Notes under the pieces: model-generated
Databases searched by the model: none
The model's input: only the letters and a program-made list of their open reading frames with translations
What the model was told of the DNA's origin: nothing
Made by a program: the position numbers and the translations under genes
Assembly: GCA_965209055.1 (NCBI GenBank)
Contig: OZ242374.1
Span: 4,000,001-4,064,000 of the forward strand
Direction: 5' to 3'
Length of the DNA stretch: 64,000 nucleotides
Source of the DNA: Acidobacteriota bacterium
GTDB taxonomy: Bacteria > Acidobacteriota > UBA6911 > RPQK01 > JAJDTT01
Shown: in pieces, positions 9,736 to 19,067 of the stretch
Position numbering within the stretch: position 1 is the stretch's first letter
Layout: each line of letters begins with the position of its first letter

Positions 9736-11463
9736 ATGTTTCGGTTCTTCGCAAACGGCAGGGGAGCCTTACCAGTGCCGGCCAGGCTGACCCTGGCTCT
9801 GGTTTTCCTGGGTGTGGCCGGTGTCCATGCCGCAGGCGTACCGGCCGGGCTTCAGGATCCCGGCGCCAGAGATTTGACCCCCGTTCCTCATCCCGACCTC
9901 AATGCCGTCGAGCGGATGATTCGGGAGCAACTTCAAGCGGAGCGTTCCAAGTTGGCGGCGATGGTCTCGGCGGTCGAAGTTCCCGATTCGGCTCGGGCTG
10001 ATGCTTTCGGTGGGCTGGGAAGGCTCTACCACGCCTATGATTTCACCGAGGCCGCCCGCGCCTGCTACCGGAATGCGTTGGTCCTGAAGCCGAAGGATTT
10101 TCGCTGGGCCTATCTGCTGGGCCGCCTGTTGGAGAGCCAGGGGGACCTGCAGCAAGCTGTCGAGCAATACCGGCGCGCCGCCGGCATCGAACCCGAAGAT
10201 CTTCCGACACTGCTGCATCTGGCCCAAGCGCAACTGAACCTGAATCGCCCGGACCTGGCCGAACCGCTCTTCAAGGAGGCCATCTCCCGCGACCCGTATC
10301 CGTCGTCAGCCTCGGCGTTGGCGGGGCTGGGCAAGATTGCTCTCTCTCGAAACGATCCTGAGGAGGCCATCGAGTACTTCGAATCCGCCGTCTCGATGCA
10401 ACCGGACGCCAGCAGCATCCACTATCCACTGGCCATGGCCTACCGGCAGATCGGGGATCTGGAGAAAGCGCGGGAACATCTCAGGAAACGCGGGACCAAG
10501 ACCCCGGAATATCCGGATCCGCTGATGGAAGAGCTCCGTAAAGTCAGAACGGGCAAGCAGTTTTTTTGGAGTCAGGGCACAGTGGCGCTGAGCGAAGGAC
10601 GCTTCGCCGAGGCCGCCGAGGCTTTCCGCCAAATGGTGGCGGCCGATCCTCAGGAGCCGATCGCCCACATGGACCTGGGGACGGCGCTGCTTCAAATGGG
10701 AGACGTGGGCGGAGCCATGGCCAAGTACCAGGAATCGCACAGGCTCTCGCCGGGCAATCCCCGGCTTCACTACAATCTGGGGTTGGTTTACACCCTGCGG
10801 AAGGCCTATCCGAAGGCGCTCGAGCATTATCGGAACGCCGTCGAACTGGATCCCGGATTCGAGAACGCCCATTTCAATGCGGCGAATCTATTGATGAGAC
10901 TGGGGGACATGGCGCAGGCCGGGCAGCACTACGGCCGAGTCAATGAACTGAATCCCAGCCACGCGTTTGCCCGATTCATGCAGGCAATGACGTTGGTGAA
11001 GCTGGGCCGTTTTCAGGCCGCGCGAACGCTTCTCGAATCAAGCCACAAGGCTCTGCCGGAGGACATCGATATCGCCCATGCTCTGGCGCGCCTGCTGGCA
11101 GCTTCGCCCCAAAGCACGGTCAACGACGGACGGCTGGCTCTGAAGCTCCTGCAGGATGTCTTCAAGTCCCAGGACGAAGTGGCTTTCGAGCAATTCGAGA
11201 CACTGGCTATGGCTCTGGCAATGAGCGGCCAATTCAATAGAGCTTTGCAGGTCCAGCAGGGAATGATGAACGAAGTCACGCAATCCGGCCGCGCGGATCT
11301 GGCTGCCTTGCTTCAGGAGAATCTGGTTCTTTATCGGAGTGGCCAGCCCTGCCGTAAACCGTGGAGGGCCGACGACCCGATTTTTTCGCCCGTCCCGGGA
11401 GATCTGGCGCCGCTGAAGTCAGCAGGGGAAGGGGCCAATCCATCTCCAGCCCTGACGAATTGA
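9736..11463 (+). CDS. Tetratricopeptide repeat protein, secreted
   Basis: Only the 3' part of track ORF 7417..11463 is real: ATG 9736, hydrophobic leader, multiple TPRs. Confidence 0.85.
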   Translation: MFRFFANGRGALPVPARLTLALVFLGVAGVHAAGVPAGLQDPGARDLTPVPHPDLNAVERMIREQLQAERSKLAAMVSAVEVPDSARADAFGGLGRLYHAYDFTEAARACYRNALVLKPKDFRWAYLLGRLLESQGDLQQAVEQYRRAAGIEPEDLPTLLHLAQAQLNLNRPDLAEPLFKEAISRDPYPSSASALAGLGKIALSRNDPEEAIEYFESAVSMQPDASSIHYPLAMAYRQIGDLEKAREHLRKRGTKTPEYPDPLMEELRKVRTGKQFFWSQGTVALSEGRFAEAAEAFRQMVAADPQEPIAHMDLGTALLQMGDVGGAMAKYQESHRLSPGNPRLHYNLGLVYTLRKAYPKALEHYRNAVELDPGFENAHFNAANLLMRLGDMAQAGQHYGRVNELNPSHAFARFMQAMTLVKLGRFQAARTLLESSHKALPEDIDIAHALARLLAASPQSTVNDGRLALKLLQDVFKSQDEVAFEQFETLAMALAMSGQFNRALQVQQGMMNEVTQSGRADLAALLQENLVLYRSGQPCRKPWRADDPIFSPVPGDLAPLKSAGEGANPSPALTN

Positions 11464-11484
11464 CATTTTCGCGCCGGGTCGCCT

Positions 11485-13086
11485 CTACGATCCCGTCTCC
11501 ACCGCCGTAAATCGAACCAGCGTGAGGGAAAACGGCGGGCACGACAAGGTCCACTCTCCACCCTGTCCGCCAACGCTCGCCGCCGCAGGCCTGACTCGAT
11601 CCGGCGCCTGAAAGTCATTGAATTCCAACGGTCCGGAGGCGGTCAGTACGGTCGCCGCAGGCTGCAGCCGCCGGGCGCCCTCAAGGTTCAATCGGACGGT
11701 CTGCTCGCGGCTCAGGTGGGGGTTGACGACGGAGACGACGAACTGGCTCGAATCACTGTTCGCGGAAGCCATGATGTCCAGATCGGGCAGCGAGCGCGTC
11801 CTGCCCTCGTCCACAAATCCGAAGCCGCCGATCGTTGCGTCCACCCCGACGACATCCATGTTCATATGGTGTTTGAGCAGGTCAAAGACATGGAAGGTGG
11901 GAGTTCGAACCAGCTTGGGACCCTGGGTCTTAATGACGTTATGAATGATGTTGATGGATTCGGTCAGATGGGCCAGGCGCAGACGTTTCGCCCTGCGCAT
12001 GAACCCGTGCAGCATGCGTGCCGCCATGAGTGCGTCGCGCATGGTGTCCGGCTGCATCCAGTCCTTTCCTGAAATCTCCACCGGAAAGGATTGAACGGGA
12101 TCGATCTCCTTGTGCCAGGAGCCCCACTCGTCGAGCATGATGCCGATGTCCTTGCGGTCCCCGATCCAGCGGTCGATCGATTTGGCCGCGAGATCAATCA
12201 CTTCCTGACACCGCTCGACATCGGCCAGCAGGGTGTAGGTGTCGGCGGCTTGGCTTTCGGCGGCAAGAGCCGGCTTCAGGTAGCACTGAACCGAAATCAG
12301 GTCGAACAACTCGAGGCGGTCACGGAGTGCTTTCAGCAGCCTGTCGACCCAGTCGGTGTCCGGTTCCCCGTTGATGATGATCTTGGCGTCCGTGGCATAC
12401 TGACGCATGTAGAAACCGTAGCGGCGCACCTGGATGGCGTAGAGTTCGGGCGTCCAGTGATAGCTGGTCTCATTGCCGATGGTCCAGTACTTGACGCCGT
12501 AGGGTTCGGGGTGGCCGTTCTTCCGCCGCAATTCAGCATACTGGGTGTCGTGAGTGCCATTGGCGTATTCCATCCAGGACACGATCTCGCTGGGGTCTCC
12601 CATCCCGATATTGGTCTGGATGACCGGTTCGGCGCCGATGGCGGCGCACCACCGCAGGAACTCGTCGGTTCCAAAGGAATTGGGTTCAACCTCCTGCCAG
12701 AAGTTCATGATGCGGGGCCGTTGAGATCGAGGGCCGATCCCGTCCTTCCAGCGGTAGGTGTCGGCAATGGTCCCCCCCGGCCAGCGAAACGCGGGAGCGC
12801 GGAGTTGGCGATAGGCTTCGATGGTGTCGAGCCGCAAGCCGCCGTCATTGGGGATACTGGAGTCCTCGCCCACCCAGATGCCGTCGTAAATGGTCGTGCC
12901 GATCATCTCCACCATGTGACCGAAGATCCCGGGAGCGACTGTTCCCCGGCGCTCTGAGGGATTCAGCTTCACTGTGTACTCGGCCCCGGATTCGCGGGCG
13001 CCTGGAGGATTGGAGCCCTGCGCTTGGATGGCGGTGGCCGGTCCGGCGGCCGCCGCGAGAATCAGAGGAAGAAACATTCTCTTCAT
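11485..13086 (-). CDS. Alpha-L-arabinofuranosidase, GH51
   Basis: RWPGG, FGTDEF, WTIGNE (acid/base) and DEWG (nucleophile) motifs; signal peptide MKRMFLPLILAAAA. Confidence 0.88.
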   Translation of the reverse strand: MKRMFLPLILAAAAGPATAIQAQGSNPPGARESGAEYTVKLNPSERRGTVAPGIFGHMVEMIGTTIYDGIWVGEDSSIPNDGGLRLDTIEAYRQLRAPAFRWPGGTIADTYRWKDGIGPRSQRPRIMNFWQEVEPNSFGTDEFLRWCAAIGAEPVIQTNIGMGDPSEIVSWMEYANGTHDTQYAELRRKNGHPEPYGVKYWTIGNETSYHWTPELYAIQVRRYGFYMRQYATDAKIIINGEPDTDWVDRLLKALRDRLELFDLISVQCYLKPALAAESQAADTYTLLADVERCQEVIDLAAKSIDRWIGDRKDIGIMLDEWGSWHKEIDPVQSFPVEISGKDWMQPDTMRDALMAARMLHGFMRRAKRLRLAHLTESINIIHNVIKTQGPKLVRTPTFHVFDLLKHHMNMDVVGVDATIGGFGFVDEGRTRSLPDLDIMASANSDSSQFVVSVVNPHLSREQTVRLNLEGARRLQPAATVLTASGPLEFNDFQAPDRVRPAAASVGGQGGEWTLSCPPFSLTLVRFTAVETGS

Positions 13087-13226
13087 TGCTGCTGCCCGCC
13101 TTCCAATTCTCGTGCGTTCCACTCCGGCATATTGCACAATTATTGCGCCCCTTGGTGACCAGCCCGAATTTCTCACCAGGTCGCTAGGAGTATGATTAAA
13201 AAGAACGGAATTGTACGCTTTTGGAC

Positions 13227-13255
13227 TTGACACCTTCCAGGCACTCAGGTAGTAT
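13227..13255 (+). promoter_or_regulatory. Sigma70-type promoter of the IS1595 transposase
   Basis: TTGACA-17 bp-TAGTAT, followed by GGAGG RBS and ATG at 13273. Confidence 0.65.
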
Positions 13256-13272
13256 GTGCATGGAGGTTGTCA

Positions 13273-14157
13273 ATGAACATCATCACGCTATTCTACTCCT
13301 TCAAGACGCAGGAACAAGCGGTCGAATACCTGGAGAAAGTCCGGTGGAACGGCCAGCCGACCTGCCCCTACTGCGACAGCGTGGCCTGCGGGACACACGC
13401 CAGTTCTGACCGCGCCATGCGCCGCTGGCAGTGCCGCGATTGCAAAAGCACCTTCTCCGTCACCGTGGGAACAATCTTCCACGGCACTCACAAGCCGCTC
13501 CGAGACTGGTTCCTCGTCCTGGGCCTGATGCTCAACGCGAAGAAGTCCGCCAGCGCGTGCCAGATTTCCCGCGACCTGGGCATCCGCCGACCCACGGTCT
13601 GGAGCATGATGCACCGAATTCGCGTTGCCATGGACAGCGAACTGGAACGCTCGCTGCTCTATGGGATCGTCGAAGCCGACGAAACCTATGTCGGAGGAAA
13701 GCCCCGGCCCGGCAACAACCGGAAGCCGATCCGCAAGGCCAAGCGTGGCCGCGGTACACAGAAAACCGCCGTGATCGGGATGGTGGAGCGCGGCGGCAAG
13801 GTCATTGCCAAGCCCACGGACCGCCTCACGTCCAACGCGATCTCCAAGTTCGTCGGGGCCTACTTGGACCATGACGCCTCGCTGCTCATCACGGACGAGT
13901 TCAAGGGATACAAGGCGGTCCGGGAAACGGTCCGGTCCGCCGTCATCAATCACTCTCGCCAGTTCGTGGACGGGCTCACGCATACGAACACGATTGAAGG
14001 GTTCTGGTCCCTGGTCAAGAGAGCGTGGTACGGGACACATCACCACTACTCGAACAAGTACATGCCGCTCTATCTGGCGGAGTCCTGCTTCAAGTACAAC
14101 GTCCGCAAGATGGATCACGCCTTCGGCTACGCCTGCAAGGTGCTCGTGGGCGCATGA
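13273..14157 (+). CDS. IS1595-family (ISXO2-like) DDE transposase
   Basis: Zn ribbon CPYC...CRDC; GIVEADETYVGG; LITDE; INHS; HTNTIEGFWSLVKR. Confidence 0.95.
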   Translation: MNIITLFYSFKTQEQAVEYLEKVRWNGQPTCPYCDSVACGTHASSDRAMRRWQCRDCKSTFSVTVGTIFHGTHKPLRDWFLVLGLMLNAKKSASACQISRDLGIRRPTVWSMMHRIRVAMDSELERSLLYGIVEADETYVGGKPRPGNNRKPIRKAKRGRGTQKTAVIGMVERGGKVIAKPTDRLTSNAISKFVGAYLDHDASLLITDEFKGYKAVRETVRSAVINHSRQFVDGLTHTNTIEGFWSLVKRAWYGTHHHYSNKYMPLYLAESCFKYNVRKMDHAFGYACKVLVGA

Positions 14158-15623
14158 ACCGCCTCTACTACGGCGACAATCTCACGATCATGCGTGAGAT
14201 GCCGCTCCGGTCTGTCGATCTCATCTATTTGGATCCGCCCTTCAACTCGAAGCGGAACTACAACCTCATGTATCGGACCATGACGGGAAAGCCCGTCCCG
14301 GAGTCCGTCGAGGCGTTCTGCGACACCTGGGAGATGGACCCGGAGAAGGAGCAAGCGGCCCGCCAGATGCCCGTCCTGATGCGGGAACACGGCGTAGATG
14401 ACTACTACGTCGAGTTCTGGCGGCTCTGGATGCAAGCTCTTCGGTACACGCAGCCCCACCTGCTGGCCTACCTGATTTACATGGTGGAGCGGCTGCTTCA
14501 AATGAAGGTGCTTCTCAAATCCACCGGTTCGATTTTTCTGCATTGCGATCCCACGGTGAGCCACTACATCAAAGTGATGATGGACGGCGTATTCGGCCAC
14601 CGGAATTTCCGAAACGAGATCATCTGGCACTACGGGCAACGGACGGCCATTTCTAGGCGCCGATTCAGTCGGAAGCATGACGTGATCCTGTTCTACTCGA
14701 AAAGCCCGAAAACCGTTCTCAATCCGATAACTCAGACGTGGAAGAAGGAGGAATTTCTGGCACGTCGCCACGATGTCAAAACGGACGAGGACGGGAGAGA
14801 GTTCATTTGGACGGATGGTGGAGCAAAAGGAGTCCGCTACAAGCGGATGGTCGATGACGTGATTGCCAAGGGCAAGCCCCTCGATTCAGTCTGGGATATT
14901 CCGATCCTGAATTCAGCCGCGAAAGAGCGCCTGGGCTATCCGACCCAGAAGCCTAGCCGACTTCTCAAGCGGATCATCAAGGCGAGTTCCAATTCGGAGG
15001 ACGTGGTATTCGACCCCTTTTGCGGATGCGGAACGACCATCTATTCGGCCCACGAGCTGGGCCGGTCCTGGATCGGCTGCGACATTGCCATTCTGGCGGT
15101 CCGTCTGGTGGCCGACACTTTGGACGCTCGCTATGGGTTGCGGGATGATCGCCACTACCAGGTCACCGGAATTCCGGCCAGCTATGACCAGGCCGTGGAC
15201 TTGTTCAAGCGCGACCCGTTCCAGTTCGAGCACTGGGCCGTGGAGCGAGTGGGAGGGTTCCCGAATCAGAAGCAGGTGGCGGACAAGGGCATCGACGGCC
15301 GCATCTACTTCGACGCGCCGGACGGCTTGGAGTCCATGGTGCTGTCCGTGAAGGGCGGTCATATCAAGCCCATGGACATTCGGGAGCTGCGCGGCGTCGT
15401 GGAGCGGGACGAGGCACTGATGGCGGGATACATCTGCAACCGGGAGCCGTCCAAGGCCATGCTGCGCGAGGCGGCAATGGCCGGGATGGTCCAAGTCGGA
15501 GAGCACCAATACCCGCACGTCCAGATTCTCACCACGCGGGAGATGGTCAAGGGCAAGACGTTCGAGACGCCAACGCGGATCACGTCGAAGGTCAGGAAGG
15601 GACAGGGCGCGTTCCGGTGGTAG
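14154..15623 (+). CDS. Beta-class amino (N6mA/N4mC) DNA methyltransferase with C-terminal Mrr-like domain
   Basis: DLIYLDPPFNS (motif IV) precedes GYPTQKP and DPFCGCGTT (motif I); C-terminal FQFEHWA...DKGIDG...SVKGG; ATGA overlap with the transposase stop. Confidence 0.9.
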   Translation: MNRLYYGDNLTIMREMPLRSVDLIYLDPPFNSKRNYNLMYRTMTGKPVPESVEAFCDTWEMDPEKEQAARQMPVLMREHGVDDYYVEFWRLWMQALRYTQPHLLAYLIYMVERLLQMKVLLKSTGSIFLHCDPTVSHYIKVMMDGVFGHRNFRNEIIWHYGQRTAISRRRFSRKHDVILFYSKSPKTVLNPITQTWKKEEFLARRHDVKTDEDGREFIWTDGGAKGVRYKRMVDDVIAKGKPLDSVWDIPILNSAAKERLGYPTQKPSRLLKRIIKASSNSEDVVFDPFCGCGTTIYSAHELGRSWIGCDIAILAVRLVADTLDARYGLRDDRHYQVTGIPASYDQAVDLFKRDPFQFEHWAVERVGGFPNQKQVADKGIDGRIYFDAPDGLESMVLSVKGGHIKPMDIRELRGVVERDEALMAGYICNREPSKAMLREAAMAGMVQVGEHQYPHVQILTTREMVKGKTFETPTRITSKVRKGQGAFRW

Positions 15624-15739
15624 GAGCCCCTTTAGTCCAAAAGCGTACAATTCCGAAAAAGAATCTGTTTTCGAGCAATTTAACGAATTCCCCCAAGGTT
15701 TCTCCGCGACAGACTGCGCTGGGCGCGCGCTCGCTGGTC

Positions 15740-15821
15740 TTTTCGCCCTCAGCGCGCACGTGCTCCCTCAAACGTAGTCACTACTACGTTCTCGGTCGCG
15801 AGCACGCGCTGAGGGCGAAAA
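15740..15821. repeat. Long nested palindrome, intergenic
   Basis: TTTTCGCCCTCAGCGCG pairs with CGCGCTGAGGGCGAAAA; inner AACGTAGT pairs with ACTACGTT. Confidence 0.7.
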
Positions 15822-15860
15822 TCCTGCGCGGTCGTCACGCCCCCTGGTGAAAAATGCGGG

Positions 15861-16217
15861 CTAGAAACGGTTCCGGACCAGACGGTAGGCTGCCAGGACC
15901 AAAGTGATTCCCGCCACGTCCGCCAGCAGGTCTCCAGCGGAGGCGACCCGGCTGGGAACGAAGGACTGATGGATCTCGTCGGTCACCGCAAAGAGCGTTC
16001 CCAGTATCCCGAGCCACACGAGTTGGCGTGTCCGGATTTTCCGCCGCAGTCCTGCGCTTCTTCCCCAGACCAGGGTCAGAGTCAAAAACGCATACTCGAT
16101 GAGATGCAGCAGAGGGTTCAGACCCAATCCGGCTCCGGGCAGACGGCTCTGATGAGAAAGGAAGACGATCAGGCCGATGGTGACGAGAGCCGGAATCCAG
16201 TGCAGGACGGTCCCCAC
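15861..16217 (-). CDS. VanZ-family membrane protein
   Basis: LHLIEYAFL and DEIHQSFVPSR...DLLAD motifs. Confidence 0.85.
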   Translation of the reverse strand: MGTVLHWIPALVTIGLIVFLSHQSRLPGAGLGLNPLLHLIEYAFLTLTLVWGRSAGLRRKIRTRQLVWLGILGTLFAVTDEIHQSFVPSRVASAGDLLADVAGITLVLAAYRLVRNRF

Positions 16218-16230
16218 GTCGCCACCGTCG

Positions 16231-16401
16231 CTACCACGGAATCAGCTGCATCAGCCACACGGCCGCCAACGATCCCAGAACCAGATAGGCCGTCAGGGAG
16301 AGGAAATACCGGACCCGGTCGCCCGTATCCTCCTTGTTGATCAAGGCGAAGACCGCGCCGATGCTCAACGCCAGAATGACCAGCCCGGCAAGGTGGTTCA
16401 T
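16231..16401 (-). CDS. Small two-helix membrane protein (56 aa)
   Basis: Below the track cutoff: MNHLAGLVILALSIGAVFALINKEDTGDRVRYFLSLTAYLVLGSLAAVWLMQLIPW; ATGA overlap with the upstream stop; fills the operon gap exactly. Confidence 0.7.
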   Translation of the reverse strand: MNHLAGLVILALSIGAVFALINKEDTGDRVRYFLSLTAYLVLGSLAAVWLMQLIPW

Positions 16402-16760
16402 CGCCGATTCCCCGCCGCGATGTCGTAGCTGTCCAGCACCACCAGCATGTTGAGCAACCCTGCCGTGTAGAGGAAGGTATTGCCGTATTCATAGCCGAAA
16501 GAATGGATGTTGCCCGCTCCCCAACCGGCCCATTTCCCGAAGAGGTAGGGAAATCCGATGCTCAGATCGGCGATGAATTTGAGCTTGCCGAAGAACCCTG
16601 GCCCCAAGCCGAAAAGGCGGCCGTCCATGGAGAGTCCGAAGACGAACAATACCATGACGACTGCGAAGAAAAGCAGGCCCCTTGCCCACCGCCCTTGGAG
16701 CAGGTGGCCCGATCCCGGAATCAGCCAGGCGGCCAGACAGAGGGCAATCTTCGTAGGCAC
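16398..16760 (-). CDS. DUF6677-like membrane protein
   Basis: AWLIPGSGH...YEYGNTFLYTAGLLNMLVVLD pattern. Confidence 0.75.
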   Translation of the reverse strand: MPTKIALCLAAWLIPGSGHLLQGRWARGLLFFAVVMVLFVFGLSMDGRLFGLGPGFFGKLKFIADLSIGFPYLFGKWAGWGAGNIHSFGYEYGNTFLYTAGLLNMLVVLDSYDIAAGNRR

Positions 16761-16896
16761 GCCTGAAGAATAGAAAGAGTCGTCCTGGAGTTCAAGCCGC
16801 CGGATTCAGGCTGTCTGCCCGCCCGGATAGAATGACGGAGACAAGACGCAGAACTTTCACCACGGACTGTTAGAATCCCCCGGTCGAGCGACGGCT

Positions 16897-17712
16897 ATGG
16901 AAGATCTGTTCGGATTTCGCGAGTGGCATCCGGTTCTGCAGGCCTTGGGTGCGACTGGATTCACCTGGTTCATGACCGCTCTCGGGGCGGCCCTCGTCTT
17001 TGCCGCCAAGGACCTGAACCGCAAGGTCCTGGATGGCATGTTGGGATTCGCGGCGGGGGTGATGATCGCCGCCAGCTATTGGTCCCTACTGGCCCCGGCC
17101 ATCGAAATGTCGGAGGGAGGGACCCTGCCGGAATGGTTTCCCGCAGCCACCGGATTTCTGATCGGCGCCTCGTTCCTGTGGTGCGTCGACAAGGTGATGC
17201 CCCACCTTCACCTGGGATTTCCAAAATCCGAGTCGGAGGGGATCAAGACCACTTGGCACCGGACGAGCCTGTTGATACTGGCCATTACCATCCACAATAT
17301 TCCGGAGGGCTTGGCCGTCGGGGTGGCGTTCGGATCCCTGGGCGTCGATTCGGCCATGACGCTGGGGTCGGCGGTGGCGCTCGCCATCGGAATCGGACTG
17401 CAAAACCTGCCGGAGGGGGTGGCTGTGGCCATGCCGTTGCGCCGGGAGAAGGTCTCCCGCTTGAAGTGTTTCTGGTACGGTCAACTTTCGGCCGTGGTGG
17501 AGCCGGTGGCCGGCGTCCTGGGGGCCGTCCTGGTCTCTCTTTCGCGGCCGTTGCTGCCCTATGCCTTCGGTTTCGCCGCGGGAGCCATGATTTTCGTCGT
17601 GGTGGAGGAGGTGGTCCCCGAGTCCCAGCGGGCAGGCGACACGGATCTGGCCACCATGGGCGCCATCTTCGGATTCACCGTGATGATGATTCTGGACGTG
17701 GCCCTGGGCTGA
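16897..17712 (+). CDS. ZIP-family zinc/metal transporter (ZupT/GufA-like)
   Basis: GFAAGVM, AITIHNIPEGLAVG and QNLPEG motifs. Confidence 0.92.
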   Translation: MEDLFGFREWHPVLQALGATGFTWFMTALGAALVFAAKDLNRKVLDGMLGFAAGVMIAASYWSLLAPAIEMSEGGTLPEWFPAATGFLIGASFLWCVDKVMPHLHLGFPKSESEGIKTTWHRTSLLILAITIHNIPEGLAVGVAFGSLGVDSAMTLGSAVALAIGIGLQNLPEGVAVAMPLRREKVSRLKCFWYGQLSAVVEPVAGVLGAVLVSLSRPLLPYAFGFAAGAMIFVVVEEVVPESQRAGDTDLATMGAIFGFTVMMILDVALG

Positions 17713-17833
17713 ATGGACGGTCCGCATCGACGGCGGACCCGGCCCGGGAAGGGCCGGAAGCGGCGCCGCACGAGGTTATGGTTTTTCGCCCGGCTCGGAA
17801 TCGCCCTCCCTCTGAATCCCGGTCTGGAGGAAT

Positions 17834-18835
17834 ATGGCGCGAAGACGTTCCACTCTGATCCTGGGAATCGGTCTGCTCCAGACATGGTTGGTGGTGGGCA
17901 GTCTGGGATTTTCCTGGATCGAGGGCTGGTCGCTGCTGGACAGTGTCTACATGACCGTCATCACCATCTCCACGGTGGGATACGGAGAGGTGGAGCCGCT
18001 TTCGGCCTATGGAAAGGCGTTCGCCACCTTCCTGATCGTGGCGGGTCTGGGGACGGCGATCTATACCTTTACCGCCCTGGGCCAGACGTTGCTGGAAGGA
18101 GAGTTGGCGGAAGCATTGGGGAGACGGCGCATGAAAAGCGATCTGGGCAAGCTCGAAGACCACTTCATCGTCTGCGGCCACGGGCGGGTGGGCCGCACCG
18201 TGGCGATCGAGCTGGGCCGCCGCAATCTGCCCTTCTGCGTGATCGAGGCCGACCCGGCCGCAGAGGAGGATCTGAGACGGCTCCGCTATGGGCATGTGAT
18301 CGGCGACGCCACTGAAGATCGAAATCTACTCCTCGCCGGGTTGGCCCGGGCCAAGGCGGTGTTCGCCCTGCTGCCGTCGGATGCCGACAACCTGTACCTG
18401 ACTCTGACGGCCAAGGGTCTCAATCCATCGGTGGTGGCCGTGGCCCGGGCCTCCGGCAAGAGTGCGGAGACGAAGCTGGAAAGGGCCGGAGCCGATCATG
18501 TGGTGTCGCCGTACGAGCTGGTGGGACTGAGGCTGCTTCACAAGGTCCTGAGTCCGGCGCTGGTGGAGTTCATGGACCTGGTGATCCGTCGGGAACGCCT
18601 GCAACTCGTCATGGAGGAGATTCAAATCGCTTCGGACTCGGAGGTGGCGGGACGCTCCATCGAAGAGTCCAGGATCCGGAGCGGGTACGGTCTGATCATC
18701 GTTGCCGTCAAACGCTCCCGGTCTCCCGTGGTCTTCAACCCCGATGACGCCGTGAAGATCGGAGCCGGAGACGTGCTGGTGGTGCTGGGCCCGGAGGACC
18801 GGGTCCGAGAGTTGGCCCGAGCCAAGCGCGGGTGA
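17834..18835 (+). CDS. Potassium channel with RCK (TrkA-N/TrkA-C) domains
   Basis: TISTVGYGE selectivity filter, VCGHGRVG Rossmann motif, TrkA-C tail. Confidence 0.92.
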   Translation: MARRRSTLILGIGLLQTWLVVGSLGFSWIEGWSLLDSVYMTVITISTVGYGEVEPLSAYGKAFATFLIVAGLGTAIYTFTALGQTLLEGELAEALGRRRMKSDLGKLEDHFIVCGHGRVGRTVAIELGRRNLPFCVIEADPAAEEDLRRLRYGHVIGDATEDRNLLLAGLARAKAVFALLPSDADNLYLTLTAKGLNPSVVAVARASGKSAETKLERAGADHVVSPYELVGLRLLHKVLSPALVEFMDLVIRRERLQLVMEEIQIASDSEVAGRSIEESRIRSGYGLIIVAVKRSRSPVVFNPDDAVKIGAGDVLVVLGPEDRVRELARAKRG

Positions 18836-19067
18836 CGGCGGCTGGTCCTGACACCTGCCGGCGCCGGCGTGGCCGCCGTATCTGGCATTTGGCAGGGGAT
18901 TCGTGTAAAGTAAAGCGGTCTTCGCGAGCGCGTCTGAAAGGAAGGACGGGTAGATTTGGCGCCGGTGGGAGTGTTCCCGCCAGCCATTTCTTTATTCGGA
19001 TACGAGTTTCGACCCTGGCGGAGTTCACGAGCGACTCGTCCGGGTCCGCCCCCAACTCGAGGAGAGA

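Larger units (their letters stand above)
13206..15655 (+). mobile_element. IS1595-family element carrying a passenger DNA methyltransferase gene
   Basis: Perfect 22-bp TIR CGGAATTGTACGCTTTTGGACT (13206-13227 and 15634-15655); exact 8-bp TSD AAAAAGAA (13198-13205 and 15656-15663); encloses transposase plus MTase. Confidence 0.95.

Noticed and set aside
14025-14153. N-terminal extension of the methyltransferase
   Set aside because: Overlaps the transposase; the family-typical start is MNRLYYGDNL at 14154
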